Positions 39,613-50,975 are shown, numbered from the stretch's first letter. The stretch: DNA of 64,000 nt from Methanobacteriota archaeon (GCA_002708695.1 PAOZ01000019.1:3065-67064); one strand, 5' to 3'. Numbers and translations: made by a program. Notes: a model not told the origin generated them from the letters alone.

Positions 39613-42111
39613 TTAATCACCCAAACTACATTCAATACTAGGATAACACATTGCTGCAAGGTGTATTTCGAGGCCAATTGAAGAGGATTCGAACCAAATT
39701 GCGGTAAATCCACCAGTAACATTAGCCCGTGTAGAGTCAAAAGAATACGAACTATTTGCTCCTATTTCAGATGGGAAAGAAATATTCCAAATCGAATCCA
39801 AAGAAATAGAAGAATGAATTACAGGAATTAGAGATACTGATTCAGAACCCACATTTGAAAGATTAATTGATTGATCATTTATATTTGAATCTAAAATCAA
39901 CATTTTCCCATTGACTAAAATCGACGGACCGCTAACCATCTCATAATTTGACCTAAACGATTGCTCACACACTGTCAAGATTCCAAAATTAGGAATAATT
40001 AGTCTAGCATTCGTAATATTTTCAGAAACATGAATAATTTGAGAATTGTTATTGTTCTCATCAAATGTTTGATTCCCATTTTGTGATAACTCTGTAGTAA
40101 CAAATTCAGGACAAGAACTTGATTCATTAACATGCCATCCAATACTTCGAGCATCAATTGGATATGATGAATCAAATTCAAATCCATCTGCTAAGGCAAC
40201 TGCCGACCGATTCACATCCATCAATCTAGCAGTCAAGGAATACGAAGAACCATCGTCCGATTGATACGTTATTGTAGGACCATTTATGCCTCCATCCGAT
40301 GATAAATCAGCCATTTGAATCGCTCCTTCCATAGGCTCAACACATACCAATTCAGGTGATTCAATTGTAATGTTCATTGGATCATTCACAGAATGGGTTT
40401 CTCCTCCCACAATGCTCCACAGAGGGTTATTCAAAGTAATATTCGCAGGCAACGATTCCAAACCTACAACCATCTCAATACAATGATTCTCGTCCTGATA
40501 AAACCAACCATCATTCAAAATACGTACAGAACCACCAACTTTCACAGTCGTTTGATGTTCAAATGTAGTACCCGTAGTAGTGCTATGTAAATGTAAATTC
40601 AATTTTACTACTCCAGTAATTGAATCAGAAGGAGGTTTTAATTTAATCAATAATTTACCAGGAGTACGCTGAGAAATATTCGAATAATTACAATCTAATC
40701 CTGAAAAATCATCTTCACCAGGGCACTTAATTTCGATAATCCAACCCTCAATTACCCCTGAAGGAGAAACATGTATACTTCCTGAACTATCTAAGACTCC
40801 TTTCGGAATAAGTGGATATTCCAATGTCGAATTATTTTCAAATAAAATTTCATAATTATCAATCCAATCTTCTATGTCTAAATCCTGATTCCAGTCATCA
40901 ATTGAATAATTCACATCATAAGTCGGTAACGAAAGAATTAGCATTACTATTCCTATAGGGAGAACCCATGAGGGCATGGAGGTGTTGGCTGCATCTGTAT
41001 CATTGATAACAAGAGGAATGGGGATTGCATCGCTTTGGAAACGACGCCAAATAGCCAAACTTCCTATCGCAATCCATATCCAGAATTGGCCTTGGAAATT
41101 TACCAAAAGTGCAACTACTACTGTGAATAGAAGGAGTTGAGCTTGTTCTGATGTTTCAGTTCCCCACTTTGCAGCGCCGCGAATTGCAGTATACAGATGA
41201 TCACCAGGGAAATTAGGAATCGGGAGCAATAGAATAAATCCAACAACTGTCATACCATGTCCTGCCAATAGCATAGGAGAAGCCCATTGAACTCTGAAAA
41301 ATATTGATTCTCCAATTAACAAAGTACCCATCAATTCTGTAAACCAATTCAAATCCAAAACAAAGGGAATCTCTTCAATTGGAAGAGGATTAGTAGGTGT
41401 GAGGTGCAAACCTATCAATGCAAATCCTATTCCAGAAACAATCAATGTGAATGGTAAAACCAAAGATACCAGAGCTAAACTGATACGATTGGGGAACTGA
41501 ATCTCATCAATACGCCTGAGTTGAAGAATTCCAATCAATCCAAAAGGCCAAATCGGACTTAATCCAGTTATGGGAAATGGAATACTAATCGGCAACAGAT
41601 GGTCTACTTTGACTCCATGTGATTTTGCAACCATCCTCCTAACAACACTTGCTAAAGCAATGGTTGACATTATGGGCAACGCATACTGGATTCCTCCAAT
41701 TTGGAATGCCTCAATAGAACTAGAATCGATAGACGAATTTACTCTTCCAATCCAACCTGCACCAATTATTGTCAGAAATACAAAAGAAAGTAACCACAAA
41801 AAGATCTGTGTACTCCTTTGAATTACAGCACTTCTTACACGAATTGGAGATATTTCTAGAATATATGGTTCATCATCCTCAAGATTAGGAACCCAACCCA
41901 AAGGAGTTAATTTGGAACGTAAGTCGTCCAAACAAGAATCTACGTCATCATCTAATGCATCTACCATCCATGCATAGCCATACTGTGCTTCATTTATTTC
42001 CGAAATCACAACAAAATGTTCAGCAGTTAATTCCTCTAGGAAATCACGTTGAGTCCAAGCCTTTCTTTCCAAGCGGAGTGCTGGCACATCTGGTTCGCTC
42101 AACACTTCCAC
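39613..42111 (-). CDS. polytopic membrane protein: about 100-aa cytoplasmic N-domain, about 8 TM helices, and about 430-aa extracellular C-terminal domain rich in N-glycosylation sequons
   Basis: Hydrophobicity pattern read from the translation. Many NxS/T in the C-terminal half. No HExxH, WWDYG or other catalytic signature found. Confidence 0.4.
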   Translation of the reverse strand: MEVLSEPDVPALRLERKAWTQRDFLEELTAEHFVVISEINEAQYGYAWMVDALDDDVDSCLDDLRSKLTPLGWVPNLEDDEPYILEISPIRVRSAVIQRSTQIFLWLLSFVFLTIIGAGWIGRVNSSIDSSSIEAFQIGGIQYALPIMSTIALASVVRRMVAKSHGVKVDHLLPISIPFPITGLSPIWPFGLIGILQLRRIDEIQFPNRISLALVSLVLPFTLIVSGIGFALIGLHLTPTNPLPIEEIPFVLDLNWFTELMGTLLIGESIFFRVQWASPMLLAGHGMTVVGFILLLPIPNFPGDHLYTAIRGAAKWGTETSEQAQLLLFTVVVALLVNFQGQFWIWIAIGSLAIWRRFQSDAIPIPLVINDTDAANTSMPSWVLPIGIVMLILSLPTYDVNYSIDDWNQDLDIEDWIDNYEILFENNSTLEYPLIPKGVLDSSGSIHVSPSGVIEGWIIEIKCPGEDDFSGLDCNYSNISQRTPGKLLIKLKPPSDSITGVVKLNLHLHSTTTGTTFEHQTTVKVGGSVRILNDGWFYQDENHCIEMVVGLESLPANITLNNPLWSIVGGETHSVNDPMNITIESPELVCVEPMEGAIQMADLSSDGGINGPTITYQSDDGSSYSLTARLMDVNRSAVALADGFEFDSSYPIDARSIGWHVNESSSCPEFVTTELSQNGNQTFDENNNNSQIIHVSENITNARLIIPNFGILTVCEQSFRSNYEMVSGPSILVNGKMLILDSNINDQSINLSNVGSESVSLIPVIHSSISLDSIWNISFPSEIGANSSYSFDSTRANVTGGFTAIWFESSSIGLEIHLAAMCYPSIECSLGD

Positions 42112-42189
42112 CGGTTAAGCGTCTAACTAGTTGGATATGTCATTTATGTTGCCAAAGCCAAAATATTTCTTTCAATAATTAGTGAATCA

Positions 42190-42807
42190 TCACTTATTCT
42201 TGAAGCGTTTTAACCGGAATGTCTCTTCTCTTTCCATTTCTTCTAATCGAAGTTGAATGAATGATTTTGCCTCTTCCATTTGAGGAATTACAACGAACTC
42301 CAGAGCATTTACTCTTCTTTTTGTAGCTTCTATCTCTTCAAGAAGACGTTTGAGAGTGGCTTCCATTTCTGAGGCTTTAACAATCTTCTCAATTAAGGCA
42401 GAATATCCATCTGCGGCTTCATCAATATAAGGAGAACCGCCAACTAATCCCATGCCTCTTTCATCCATTGTAGAGGATAGATTTTCACCAGAAACACTCG
42501 GGACAACCACTCCCATGATATTTCTCCTCTCGACCATTACCTCTGGATGATTCGATATAGCAATTGCAGCACTCTGAACTTCAAGCCCTCCTTCTATTGC
42601 ACTAGCCAAATCAATACCTTGTTTTGCTTCTCTGAAGGTTTGAACAAGTTCTTCTCTCGCAGAAATCATCTCAGAAAGTAGGGTTCTAAATTCGTGGAAA
42701 AGACCATCTCGCTTCATCTTCAGAAGTTTGTAACCATTCTGAGTCTGCTTTATTCGGCGTTTCAAGTTGATTAGTTCACTGCGTGCAGGTTTGATATCTA
42801 ACGCCAT
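42190..42807 (-). CDS. atpD: A-type ATP synthase subunit D
   Basis: MALDIKPARSELINLKRRIK... coiled-coil central-stalk subunit. Last gene of the operon. Confidence 0.88.
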   Translation of the reverse strand: MALDIKPARSELINLKRRIKQTQNGYKLLKMKRDGLFHEFRTLLSEMISAREELVQTFREAKQGIDLASAIEGGLEVQSAAIAISNHPEVMVERRNIMGVVVPSVSGENLSSTMDERGMGLVGGSPYIDEAADGYSALIEKIVKASEMEATLKRLLEEIEATKRRVNALEFVVIPQMEEAKSFIQLRLEEMEREETFRLKRFKNK

Positions 42808-42841
42808 GATAAATCACCTCCTCATATTTCCTTGAATAAAT

Positions 42842-44224
42842 TCATTCCTTCTTTTCATTAGGATGGTACTTAGAAATAAGTTCATCATCTAATCTTTCAA
42901 GATATTTGGTGTCAATATTTGCCAACAATTCCCAACAAAGATTGAGTGTGCCATCAATAGTTCGATCTTCATCACGACCCTGCCTAACGAATTTATCCTC
43001 AAAGATATCTGAAAACTTGAGATATTGTAAATCTCTCTCATTCAATGCATCTTCACCTACAATCGCAACAAGTCCACGTAGTTCACGACCTTGAGCATAT
43101 GCTGCATACATCTGGTCACTGATTTTCTTATGATCATCACGTGTTGTTTCTTCACCAATACAACCACCCATCAATCTCGACAAGGATGGAAGAACGTTAA
43201 TCGGCGGATAAATTCCAGCTTGATGCAATTCACGAGAAATCACAATTTGTCCTTCAGTAATATATCCAGAAAGATCAGGAATTGGATGAGTAATATCATC
43301 ACCAGGCATTGTCAAGATTGGGAACTGAGTGATGCTTCCCTTCTTCCCTTTTACAATTCCTGCACGTTCGTAAAGCATTGCTAAGTCAGTATACATGTAT
43401 CCAGGGTAACCACGACGACCAGGTACTTCTTCACGAGCTGCACCAATCTGACGCAGAGAATCACAATAGTTGGTCATGTCCGTGTAGATAACCAAAACGT
43501 GATAGTCGTGTTCAAACGCAAGATATTCTGCCGCAGTTAAAGCAAGTCTAGGAGTAATCAATCGTTCAACTGCAGGATCGTCTGCCAGATTAACGAATAA
43601 AACCGCATTTTCTAAAGCGCCAGTTCGTTCCAAATCAGCACGGAAGAAATTGTATTCCTCAGCAGTAATTCCCATTGCACAGAACACTACAATAAATTCT
43701 TCATCACTGTCCTTCAATTTTGCTTGACGAGCAATCTGCAAAGCGATATCGTTGTGAGGAAGTCCAGATGCACTAAAGATTGGAAGTTTCTGTCCTCTAA
43801 CCAAAGTAGTACAACAATCAATTGCACTAACTCCTGTCTGAATAAAATCATGAGGAGATTGGCGCGAATAAGGGTTAATTGCAGCACCAATAATGTCTGC
43901 TTTCTCATCTGCAACAATGTCAGGACCACCGTCTCTTGGTCTACCGGCTCCATCTAAAATTCGGCCAACTAAACCTTTGCTAACTGGTAATTTGAATACA
44001 TCTCCAAGGAACTTTACTCCTGCTCTACGATCAATACCTTCTGTGCCTTCAAACACCTGAACAACAACCATATCATCGGATGTATCTAACACTTGGCCGT
44101 TCTTTGTAGAACCATCAGAAAGTCGAATTGTTACAATCTCACCATATGCTACCGGTTCTGTCTTCTCTAGGAACACCAAAGGTCCCTTAATGTCAGTAAT
44201 TGTCTTGTATTCTTTACTTGTCAT
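42842..44224 (-). CDS. atpB: A-type ATP synthase subunit B
   Basis: Non-catalytic subunit family sequence. 460 aa. Confidence 0.93.
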   Translation of the reverse strand: MTSKEYKTITDIKGPLVFLEKTEPVAYGEIVTIRLSDGSTKNGQVLDTSDDMVVVQVFEGTEGIDRRAGVKFLGDVFKLPVSKGLVGRILDGAGRPRDGGPDIVADEKADIIGAAINPYSRQSPHDFIQTGVSAIDCCTTLVRGQKLPIFSASGLPHNDIALQIARQAKLKDSDEEFIVVFCAMGITAEEYNFFRADLERTGALENAVLFVNLADDPAVERLITPRLALTAAEYLAFEHDYHVLVIYTDMTNYCDSLRQIGAAREEVPGRRGYPGYMYTDLAMLYERAGIVKGKKGSITQFPILTMPGDDITHPIPDLSGYITEGQIVISRELHQAGIYPPINVLPSLSRLMGGCIGEETTRDDHKKISDQMYAAYAQGRELRGLVAIVGEDALNERDLQYLKFSDIFEDKFVRQGRDEDRTIDGTLNLCWELLANIDTKYLERLDDELISKYHPNEKKE

Positions 44225-44237
44225 TTTTCATACCCCC

Positions 44238-46013
44238 CTACTGGGCCTCCACAGAATTGCCAATCTGATTCACCATTTCTTCGACGAGCCCTTCAATCTT
44301 CTCAAGATATCCTTCTGCAAATCTAGCACGCATTAATTCAATGCGTGCAGGAACATTCACAACATCTTCTAGAACTGCTCCAGCAGCCATGGCTTTCTTT
44401 GCTTCTTCTTGGAATGTAAGAATTGCACGAGCCATAGCATATTGCTGCTCAACTCCACTATATGCATCAACAGGATCGAAACCATTCTGCTGAAGGAAGT
44501 ATACACGAATCATACGTGCTACCTCAAGAGTTAGTTGTTGATCCATTGGCAATGCATCTGAACCAACTAATTGGACAATTTCTTGCAACTCGGCTTCAAC
44601 CTTGAGGAGTGCACTAATTTCTGTCCTAACTTCAGGAAAATCACTTGCAATATTATCTCTGAACCATTGATTTAGACTCTGAGGATATAATGAATAAGAA
44701 TTCAGCCAATTAATTGCAGGGAAATGCCGCTGTCTTGCTAAACCCGCATCAAGCCCCCAGAAAACTTTCACAATTCGAAGTGTACCTTGGCTAACTGGTT
44801 CTGAAATATCACCACCAGGTGGAGATACTGCACCAATAACAGTAACAGAACCGTCATCTCCATTCAAGGTCTCAACACGACCTGCACGCTCATAGAATTC
44901 AGCTAAACGGCTAGATAGGTATGCAGGATAACCTTCCTCTCCAGGCATCTCTTCAAGACGACTAGAAATTTCACGCATTGCTTCTGCCCAACGACTAGTA
45001 GAATCAGCCATAAGAGCAACGTCATATCCTTGATCTCGGAAATATTCTGCAATAGTAATACCTGTATACACAGATGCTTCTCGAGCAGCAACAGGCATAT
45101 TGGAAGTATTGGCAATCATGACAGTTCTATTCATCAAAGGCTTCCCTGTATTAGGATCGATTAGATGAGGGAATTCGTCCAATACTTCAGTCATTTCATT
45201 ACCTCGCTCTCCACATCCGATATAAACCACAATTTGTGCATCAGAATACTTTGCAAGAGACTGCTGAGTAACGGTCTTACCTGAACCAAACGGACCAGGA
45301 ATTCCCGCTGCTCCACCTTTTGCCAATGGGAAAAGGAAATCTAGAATTCTCATACCTGTAACAAGTGGAGTGTCAGGAGCATATTTCTGGTTAAACGGAC
45401 GAGGATGACGTACCGGCCATTCTTGCATCATCTGAATCTCAGTTCCATCATCGAGAGTACATACTGTTTGAGTAACATTGAACTCCCCTGATTCTAGTGA
45501 TTTTATTTTTCCAGATGCCTTAGGTGGAACCATAATTTTGTGAGTGATTGTATCGGTTTCCTGCACAGTACCAATTACCTGTCCACCTGAAACCTCGTCA
45601 CCAACAGATGCTGTTGCTTCAAATTCCCACTTCTTCTCCAAATCAAGACCATCGGCATCGACTCCTCGAGTAATGAACACACCCATTACTTCCTCTAAAG
45701 TTTGAAGAGGACGTTGAATACCATCGTAAATCTGTGTAAGTAGACCTGGACCTAATTGCACGGAAAGTGTCTGTCCTGTACTAAATACTGGTTCTCCAGG
45801 ACGAATACCAGATGTATCCTCGTAAACTTGAATCACGGATTGTTCGCCGTGAATCTCAATTACTTCACCCATTAGTTTTTCATGCCCTACACGGACCACT
45901 TCGTACATTCTTGCATCAATTCCCGTCGCTGTAACGACAGGTCCTGAAATTCGATATATGACGCCTTCATTATTACTCATTTCTTCACTTCCTTTGTGTT
46001 TTTTCACTTCCAT
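44238..46013 (-). CDS. atpA: A-type ATP synthase catalytic subunit A
   Basis: Walker A GPFGSGKT. 591 aa, with no intein-sized insertion. Confidence 0.95.
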   Translation of the reverse strand: MEVKKHKGSEEMSNNEGVIYRISGPVVTATGIDARMYEVVRVGHEKLMGEVIEIHGEQSVIQVYEDTSGIRPGEPVFSTGQTLSVQLGPGLLTQIYDGIQRPLQTLEEVMGVFITRGVDADGLDLEKKWEFEATASVGDEVSGGQVIGTVQETDTITHKIMVPPKASGKIKSLESGEFNVTQTVCTLDDGTEIQMMQEWPVRHPRPFNQKYAPDTPLVTGMRILDFLFPLAKGGAAGIPGPFGSGKTVTQQSLAKYSDAQIVVYIGCGERGNEMTEVLDEFPHLIDPNTGKPLMNRTVMIANTSNMPVAAREASVYTGITIAEYFRDQGYDVALMADSTSRWAEAMREISSRLEEMPGEEGYPAYLSSRLAEFYERAGRVETLNGDDGSVTVIGAVSPPGGDISEPVSQGTLRIVKVFWGLDAGLARQRHFPAINWLNSYSLYPQSLNQWFRDNIASDFPEVRTEISALLKVEAELQEIVQLVGSDALPMDQQLTLEVARMIRVYFLQQNGFDPVDAYSGVEQQYAMARAILTFQEEAKKAMAAGAVLEDVVNVPARIELMRARFAEGYLEKIEGLVEEMVNQIGNSVEAQ

Positions 46014-46303
46014 AAATCGACACCAAGTGCCTTTCTGATGGACTCCCGCAAGGTGTTATCCTCCTCAGTACCAATACCAAGGAATGTGGGCGTAATGCTC
46101 AGGTTAACCTGATCACGGACACGCTCCGGTAAACGACTTAGGTCGCGGGAATCTAATACTACGATGCCAATATCACTATCTGACATCAACTCGCGACATG
46201 TTGTCGCAAGTTCATCAATAGTTGTAGGATTGTGAAGATGAGTAATGCCTGCCAATTGGAAACCAAGCGTAAATTCAGGATTTCCGACAACTGCTATTTC
46301 CAA
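46004..46303 (-). CDS. atpF: A-type ATP synthase subunit F
   Basis: [20 protein letters not shown]. 99 aa. 10-nt overlap with atpA. Confidence 0.85.
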   Translation of the reverse strand: MEIAVVGNPEFTLGFQLAGITHLHNPTTIDELATTCRELMSDSDIGIVVLDSRDLSRLPERVRDQVNLSITPTFLGIGTEEDNTLRESIRKALGVDLWK

Positions 46304-46314
46304 ACTTTCACCTC

Positions 46315-47361
46315 CTACAATGTTAAATGCGCTTCAATAATGCCTTCCGGCAAACCTGCCGCTTTACCGCGCACGAGTAAGCGTAGGTTTTCAACCTCGA
46401 GTAATTTCCTCTCAATATAATAGACAATGGGGACTCCGGAAATAGGATTAAGATGTGAAAAACGAAGCAATAGTTCACTTCTCTTATGATGAAATAAATC
46501 TACTACTGGATCTAAGGAAATACCCGCATCGACCGCAGCAAAGGCTGCTTCAAGACCCTCGTCATCGAAACTAGGTGTTCGCCGTAATGCTGCAAGAATA
46601 TCGTCATTATTTTGAGCTGCCAGCAGACCTTTCTCAGTTGCCTTAGATAAACCACTTCCTGGAACAAATATTTGCGACCTCTTTTCATTTGACAAACCTT
46701 GACGCATTGCCCTCATTATATTCAAAACATCACGATGAGCAATTTCCATTCTAAGGTATCTCTTGAGGCACGAATGTGGACCTCGTGTAGGAATTGATTT
46801 CAAGGCCTGTCTATAATAGGCTCTATCTAAGGCATCTTCATATTCTGCTAAACCTGCTTCAGGTGGAACTTCGGAGAATATCCTAGTTCCAATTCTCATC
46901 TTGCTAATGGATGTGGCGGCTTCAGCGAGGTTGGAGGATGAATCGATGATGGAGATCCATCGCGTGTTATGCGGGTTTTCCGCAGGTAACGCACCTTCGC
47001 CTACTCTGGAGCCATCTGCTCCACTTTTTACTGCTCTAAGAACTGCCTTCGCTTTATTGAAATCAACTCTTAGAGCCCAGACATCAACAATATCAGCTAA
47101 CTCACCATTACAAAATCGCTCCACTTCATGGACTTCTCGATCTAAATTATGACTTAATGCTGCTTCAACAAGTTCTGCACCATTTAATCGATGACCATAC
47201 AAATCCATATCAGCACGATATCCAGCATCCCCAATGGTATTTGCAATACTATCAGGTTCTAATTTCAACAATTGCCGAATTCTAGTCCTATCAAGTAAAC
47301 GAGATCTACGTGAACGAGCACGGGCTGCTGCATTTGCCCAATTCGCTCGCCCTAACCACAT
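46315..47361 (-). CDS. atpC: A-type ATP synthase subunit C
   Basis: Helical subunit of 348 aa at the operon position between E and F. Confidence 0.8.
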   Translation of the reverse strand: MWLGRANWANAAARARSRRSRLLDRTRIRQLLKLEPDSIANTIGDAGYRADMDLYGHRLNGAELVEAALSHNLDREVHEVERFCNGELADIVDVWALRVDFNKAKAVLRAVKSGADGSRVGEGALPAENPHNTRWISIIDSSSNLAEAATSISKMRIGTRIFSEVPPEAGLAEYEDALDRAYYRQALKSIPTRGPHSCLKRYLRMEIAHRDVLNIMRAMRQGLSNEKRSQIFVPGSGLSKATEKGLLAAQNNDDILAALRRTPSFDDEGLEAAFAAVDAGISLDPVVDLFHHKRSELLLRFSHLNPISGVPIVYYIERKLLEVENLRLLVRGKAAGLPEGIIEAHLTL

Positions 47362-47370
47362 AAATATCCC

Positions 47371-47943
47371 TCATTCACCAAATAATGTCCTAGTTACATC
47401 GCCGAGGGAATCCATCCAGACTTCCTCTAACCTATTATCAAAAGTAAAATCTAACCGTATGCTATTATCTTCTGCAACTAGAATAAAACCACCAAGCGCA
47501 TCAATGTCGTCACCAATTTTGTAACCACTGGCTTTCTGCTCTAGAGCTGCTCTATCGATTGAAGCAGGCAATAATGTCATTTTTCCTGAACTTTCTGATT
47601 TAGCCTGTTTTAACATCGAGTCTAACATCGCTGAACGTTTGGCCAACTTAGGATTTCCAAGTTGACTACGAACTGCATCTAATGTAATGTCGATTTCTTC
47701 TCTACGGGCAATCAGAACGTCCTTTTGGTTCATCTGCCTAGCACTAGCAACTGATTCTTTAGCAATTTGAGATGCCTCTATTTCTGAACCAGATAGAGTA
47801 GAAGAAGCATGTGCTTCGATCTCTTTCTGGGCCTCAGATGCAATAGCTGCAGCTTGAGTCTCGGCCTCTGAAATTATGGCCTTGGCTTCCTTCGCCGCTT
47901 CCGCTGCTATGTCCTTAGCAAGTTTTTCTAAACTCATGTACAA
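47371..47943 (-). CDS. atpE: A-type ATP synthase subunit E
   Basis: Ala/Glu/Lys-rich N-terminal helix and globular C-terminus. 190 aa. Confidence 0.75.
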   Translation of the reverse strand: MYMSLEKLAKDIAAEAAKEAKAIISEAETQAAAIASEAQKEIEAHASSTLSGSEIEASQIAKESVASARQMNQKDVLIARREEIDITLDAVRSQLGNPKLAKRSAMLDSMLKQAKSESSGKMTLLPASIDRAALEQKASGYKIGDDIDALGGFILVAEDNSIRLDFTFDNRLEEVWMDSLGDVTRTLFGE

Positions 47944-47981
47944 TCCTCACAATCGTGGGTAAGTATTCGAATTCCGAATGT

Positions 47982-48299
47982 TCACATCAAGAACATTGCA
48001 AGGAAACCGAACAATACGATGGTCTCAGGTAGTGCCGTAAAGATTAGACCTGTAACGAACTTGTCGCCATCTTCAGCAACCATTCCTACAGCTGCTGCTC
48101 CAATCTGTCCTTGGCTGAGGCCAGTGCCAACACCAGCTAAGCCTAGGGCGATTCCTGCTCCAAGGGGCATACCCCAGGAGTAACCTCCGCTGGCTGTAGC
48201 TGCGACTGCACCAGTCGCTGCAACCACGTCTGCCATGCCAATAAAGGCTAGCAGAACGATCATCATTCTCATCACGTTTCTCATCATCTTTGGGTTCAT
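47982..48299 (-). CDS. atpK: A-type ATP synthase proteolipid subunit K (c subunit), single hairpin
   Basis: Two TM helices, Gly-rich helix 1 (GIALGLAGVGTGLSQGQIGAAAVG) and helix 2 with the conserved carboxylate in ALPETIV. Confidence 0.9.
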   Translation of the reverse strand: MNPKMMRNVMRMMIVLLAFIGMADVVAATGAVAATASGGYSWGMPLGAGIALGLAGVGTGLSQGQIGAAAVGMVAEDGDKFVTGLIFTALPETIVLFGFLAMFLM

Positions 48300-48348
48300 T
48301 TCTCATTCCTCCGTTGTTTTGTATCCTGCGCGAAACCGCGCGGGAATG

Positions 48349-50544
48349 TCATTGTTGCCCCGAATCCACCTCCACGAATTGGGACCGTCCTCCTAGGGGA
48401 GCAAATGCTCTCCCCGAAGCGGTGTAGAATTGGCGCATCCATTCAACAAAATGGAGTCTAGCAGCATGAATATTGGGGCTAAACACTCCCAATACCCATG
48501 CGAAAATTTGGACTGAAAACCATCCAATTAAAGCGATAATAGCAACTAGGAAAGAACCTGAAGAAAAACCTTCGACAATCATTGGATAAAGTAAACCATT
48601 ACCCGCCTCAGCGATTTTAACTCCTACAATTCCAACTGCAAATAATCGAACGTAGGACAAGGTGGTTGGCAACATTCCAATTGCTTCAATTGGACCCAAT
48701 AGAAGAGCGACTGGTAATGGCACATTTTCATGAGTTAGATGTACGATAATTAGAGCAACCCCGATGGCTGCAGCAACTGCTCCTCCGGTTTGTAAATCCA
48801 AAAGAAGTGCCTCGTATTCAGCAGAAGGGTTTCCTTGGAGAATTAGATAGGCATAGGAGAAAAAGAAACCTCCTCCCAAGACCAACATCCAAGATACCTT
48901 TCCAAATAAAGCTCCAGACCAGCCATGTCCATGTCTAATCTCGTCAATAGCTCCCAAAACAAAAGCTATCATCAGATGAACGACTCCCAAGTATATTGTA
49001 AGGAGAATTAAATCGGTTAAATTCCCAGTTACCCTATGGAATGGGAATGCTAAAACAACGCCCATCGGAAGATTTGCCTCAAACAAATTATGATGATTGG
49101 AAAATTCTCCACCAGATGGGTACATTATTGATAGAGAGGAGGCCCAAGAAGGAACTCCATCAGTAAATACCCAATGACATCCTGAACCATAAGACCCTCC
49201 AGCAGCATGTAAAGCAGCCTCGCAATGCCAATGAGGAAGTATTTCAAAACCAGCAAATTCTCCATAAATATAACCAAACAGAATAGTGGATATTCCAATG
49301 TATGACAATAGTTTTGCACCAAGAATACCTAATTCATTGCCAGAATCTTTAGTTTTCATGTATACGAGTCCGCCAAGACCTAAGGTCATCAACCCATACA
49401 ACATATCTCCCAACATTAAACCGAAGAACAATGGATATGTGAATAGCATGAAAACAGTGGGATCAATCTTGCCATAATCAGAACGACCGACAGCATCAGT
49501 AAGTAATTCCATTGGTTTAGAAAGACCGTGATCTCCAAATGCAATTGGGGGACTAGGAGAATCATGATGATCATCATGACCATGTAATCCATGATGTTTT
49601 GGAGCAACATCAGTATCTACATGGATATGACTACAATGGGAGCCGATAGAGGCCTGAACTTCTTCAACCCTATCTGCGACAACCCACCCATCTATGACAA
49701 ATGCATGCTTACTGACAGCGATTCTAGTAGGTGCAGTAGATTCTACAAAATCTCTCTCTAATAGTTCCAAACCACAAAGGAATTTGGGGCCATGGGATGT
49801 ACTCCAATCTTCCAGTGCTTTTTCCAAATTGATTTTCTCATTTTCAAGAGTTTCAAGATTCTTATTTTCTACAGTTAATTCAGAAGAAGGTGAACCTTCA
49901 CCTGAAGGAGGTTGGACAGCAGTAAATCCTAACGAATCCAAGGCCTTAGATGCAGAGTCAGCATCTTCATTTCGCACTACAACCAAGCAAAGATTCCCAT
50001 TATCTGTTTTTGCGCTAGCGACAAAACCTTCAACTCCTGCTTCTTTGAGCGATGAATTTACAGAACCTTTGCCTGAAATTCTGCCAATCAATGCAGTAGC
50101 CGAACGATATCCGTCTAAAAGATCTAAATCAACATCTAAAGCGGTAAAATCTTCCAACGATTGAACTCTCTCTTTAGAGGAATTAATCAATGAAGTAAGG
50201 TCTTCAATCCGCTCTATTTTACTAGCTACATCCGTTACTGCATCACCTAAAGAGCCTGAAATCCATTCTCGGACTTTAGATTCAACTGCTTTACTAGTAG
50301 GCCTCTCTGGATTGATCCAATTAGAAACACTACGATAAGTAGTCAATTGTTTTGCTATATCTTCATGATCTTCACGAGGTGAACCTAAATCCAAGCCGTC
50401 TCCATCTTCTCCATCAAAATCAATGATATCAATAGCATTCAGAGCTACTAATCGATGCATCACTTCATCTAGATTGGATCGTAAACCAGCAACAACAAAC
50501 CGTGCCATAGGCCGATTTGTCATCTCTCCAACCATCAAAATCAC
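48349..50544 (-). CDS. atpI: A-type ATP synthase subunit I (a subunit) with His-rich insertion
   Basis: Soluble N-domain plus about 7-8 C-terminal TM helices. Insert HVDTDVAPKHHGLHGHDDHHDSPSPP. Confidence 0.88.
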   Translation of the reverse strand: MILMVGEMTNRPMARFVVAGLRSNLDEVMHRLVALNAIDIIDFDGEDGDGLDLGSPREDHEDIAKQLTTYRSVSNWINPERPTSKAVESKVREWISGSLGDAVTDVASKIERIEDLTSLINSSKERVQSLEDFTALDVDLDLLDGYRSATALIGRISGKGSVNSSLKEAGVEGFVASAKTDNGNLCLVVVRNEDADSASKALDSLGFTAVQPPSGEGSPSSELTVENKNLETLENEKINLEKALEDWSTSHGPKFLCGLELLERDFVESTAPTRIAVSKHAFVIDGWVVADRVEEVQASIGSHCSHIHVDTDVAPKHHGLHGHDDHHDSPSPPIAFGDHGLSKPMELLTDAVGRSDYGKIDPTVFMLFTYPLFFGLMLGDMLYGLMTLGLGGLVYMKTKDSGNELGILGAKLLSYIGISTILFGYIYGEFAGFEILPHWHCEAALHAAGGSYGSGCHWVFTDGVPSWASSLSIMYPSGGEFSNHHNLFEANLPMGVVLAFPFHRVTGNLTDLILLTIYLGVVHLMIAFVLGAIDEIRHGHGWSGALFGKVSWMLVLGGGFFFSYAYLILQGNPSAEYEALLLDLQTGGAVAAAIGVALIIVHLTHENVPLPVALLLGPIEAIGMLPTTLSYVRLFAVGIVGVKIAEAGNGLLYPMIVEGFSSGSFLVAIIALIGWFSVQIFAWVLGVFSPNIHAARLHFVEWMRQFYTASGRAFAPLGGRSQFVEVDSGQQ

Positions 50545-50546
50545 CC

Positions 50547-50861
50547 TTAATTTCGAATTGCATCCAATACCAATGAAATTGCTGCGTCCCGATTTGATTC
50601 AGCATTTGAATGAACATCAGAAAGTGCTCCAGACCCAGATTCTTTCACTTTCGCTGCCTCCCCAGAAGCGGAATCTCGGGCTGCCTGAAGATTACTCTGT
50701 GCCGATGCCTCTGTTTCACGACGACCAGCGTTGATAGATTCAGTTGCGGCGGCGCGAGCATCCGAAAGAATACGGGATGCTTTCTCCTTTGCATCAAGAA
50801 TCGTTTTTTCAGCAGAAGCCTCGGCTTCCTTGACGGCACGTAGGATGTCATCTCTTCCCAA
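50547..50861 (-). CDS. atpH: A-type ATP synthase subunit H
   Basis: Small Ala/Glu-rich helical protein, first in the operon. TTG start. Confidence 0.65.
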   Translation of the reverse strand: MGRDDILRAVKEAEASAEKTILDAKEKASRILSDARAAATESINAGRRETEASAQSNLQAARDSASGEAAKVKESGSGALSDVHSNAESNRDAAISLVLDAIRN

Positions 50862-50975
50862 AGTGAATCACCTTGCTCACGCCCAATAATGATGGGCTTA
50901 TCATATTGACCGTTAAGGATTGACTCCAGAAAATCACAACTCAAAACTCATAGCCATCCAATAATTGGGCCACAT

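Noticed and set aside
39613-42111. Oligosaccharyltransferase AglB/STT3 or site-2 protease assignment for the 832-aa membrane protein
   Set aside because: No WWDYG/DK motif and no HExxH...DG motifs found. The N-terminus is cytoplasmic-soluble rather than starting with TM1 as in AglB.
50862-50975. Strong promoter/TATA call upstream of the atp operon
   Set aside because: Only weak A/T-rich heptamers are present in the 114-bp divergent spacer. Not convincing without TSS data.
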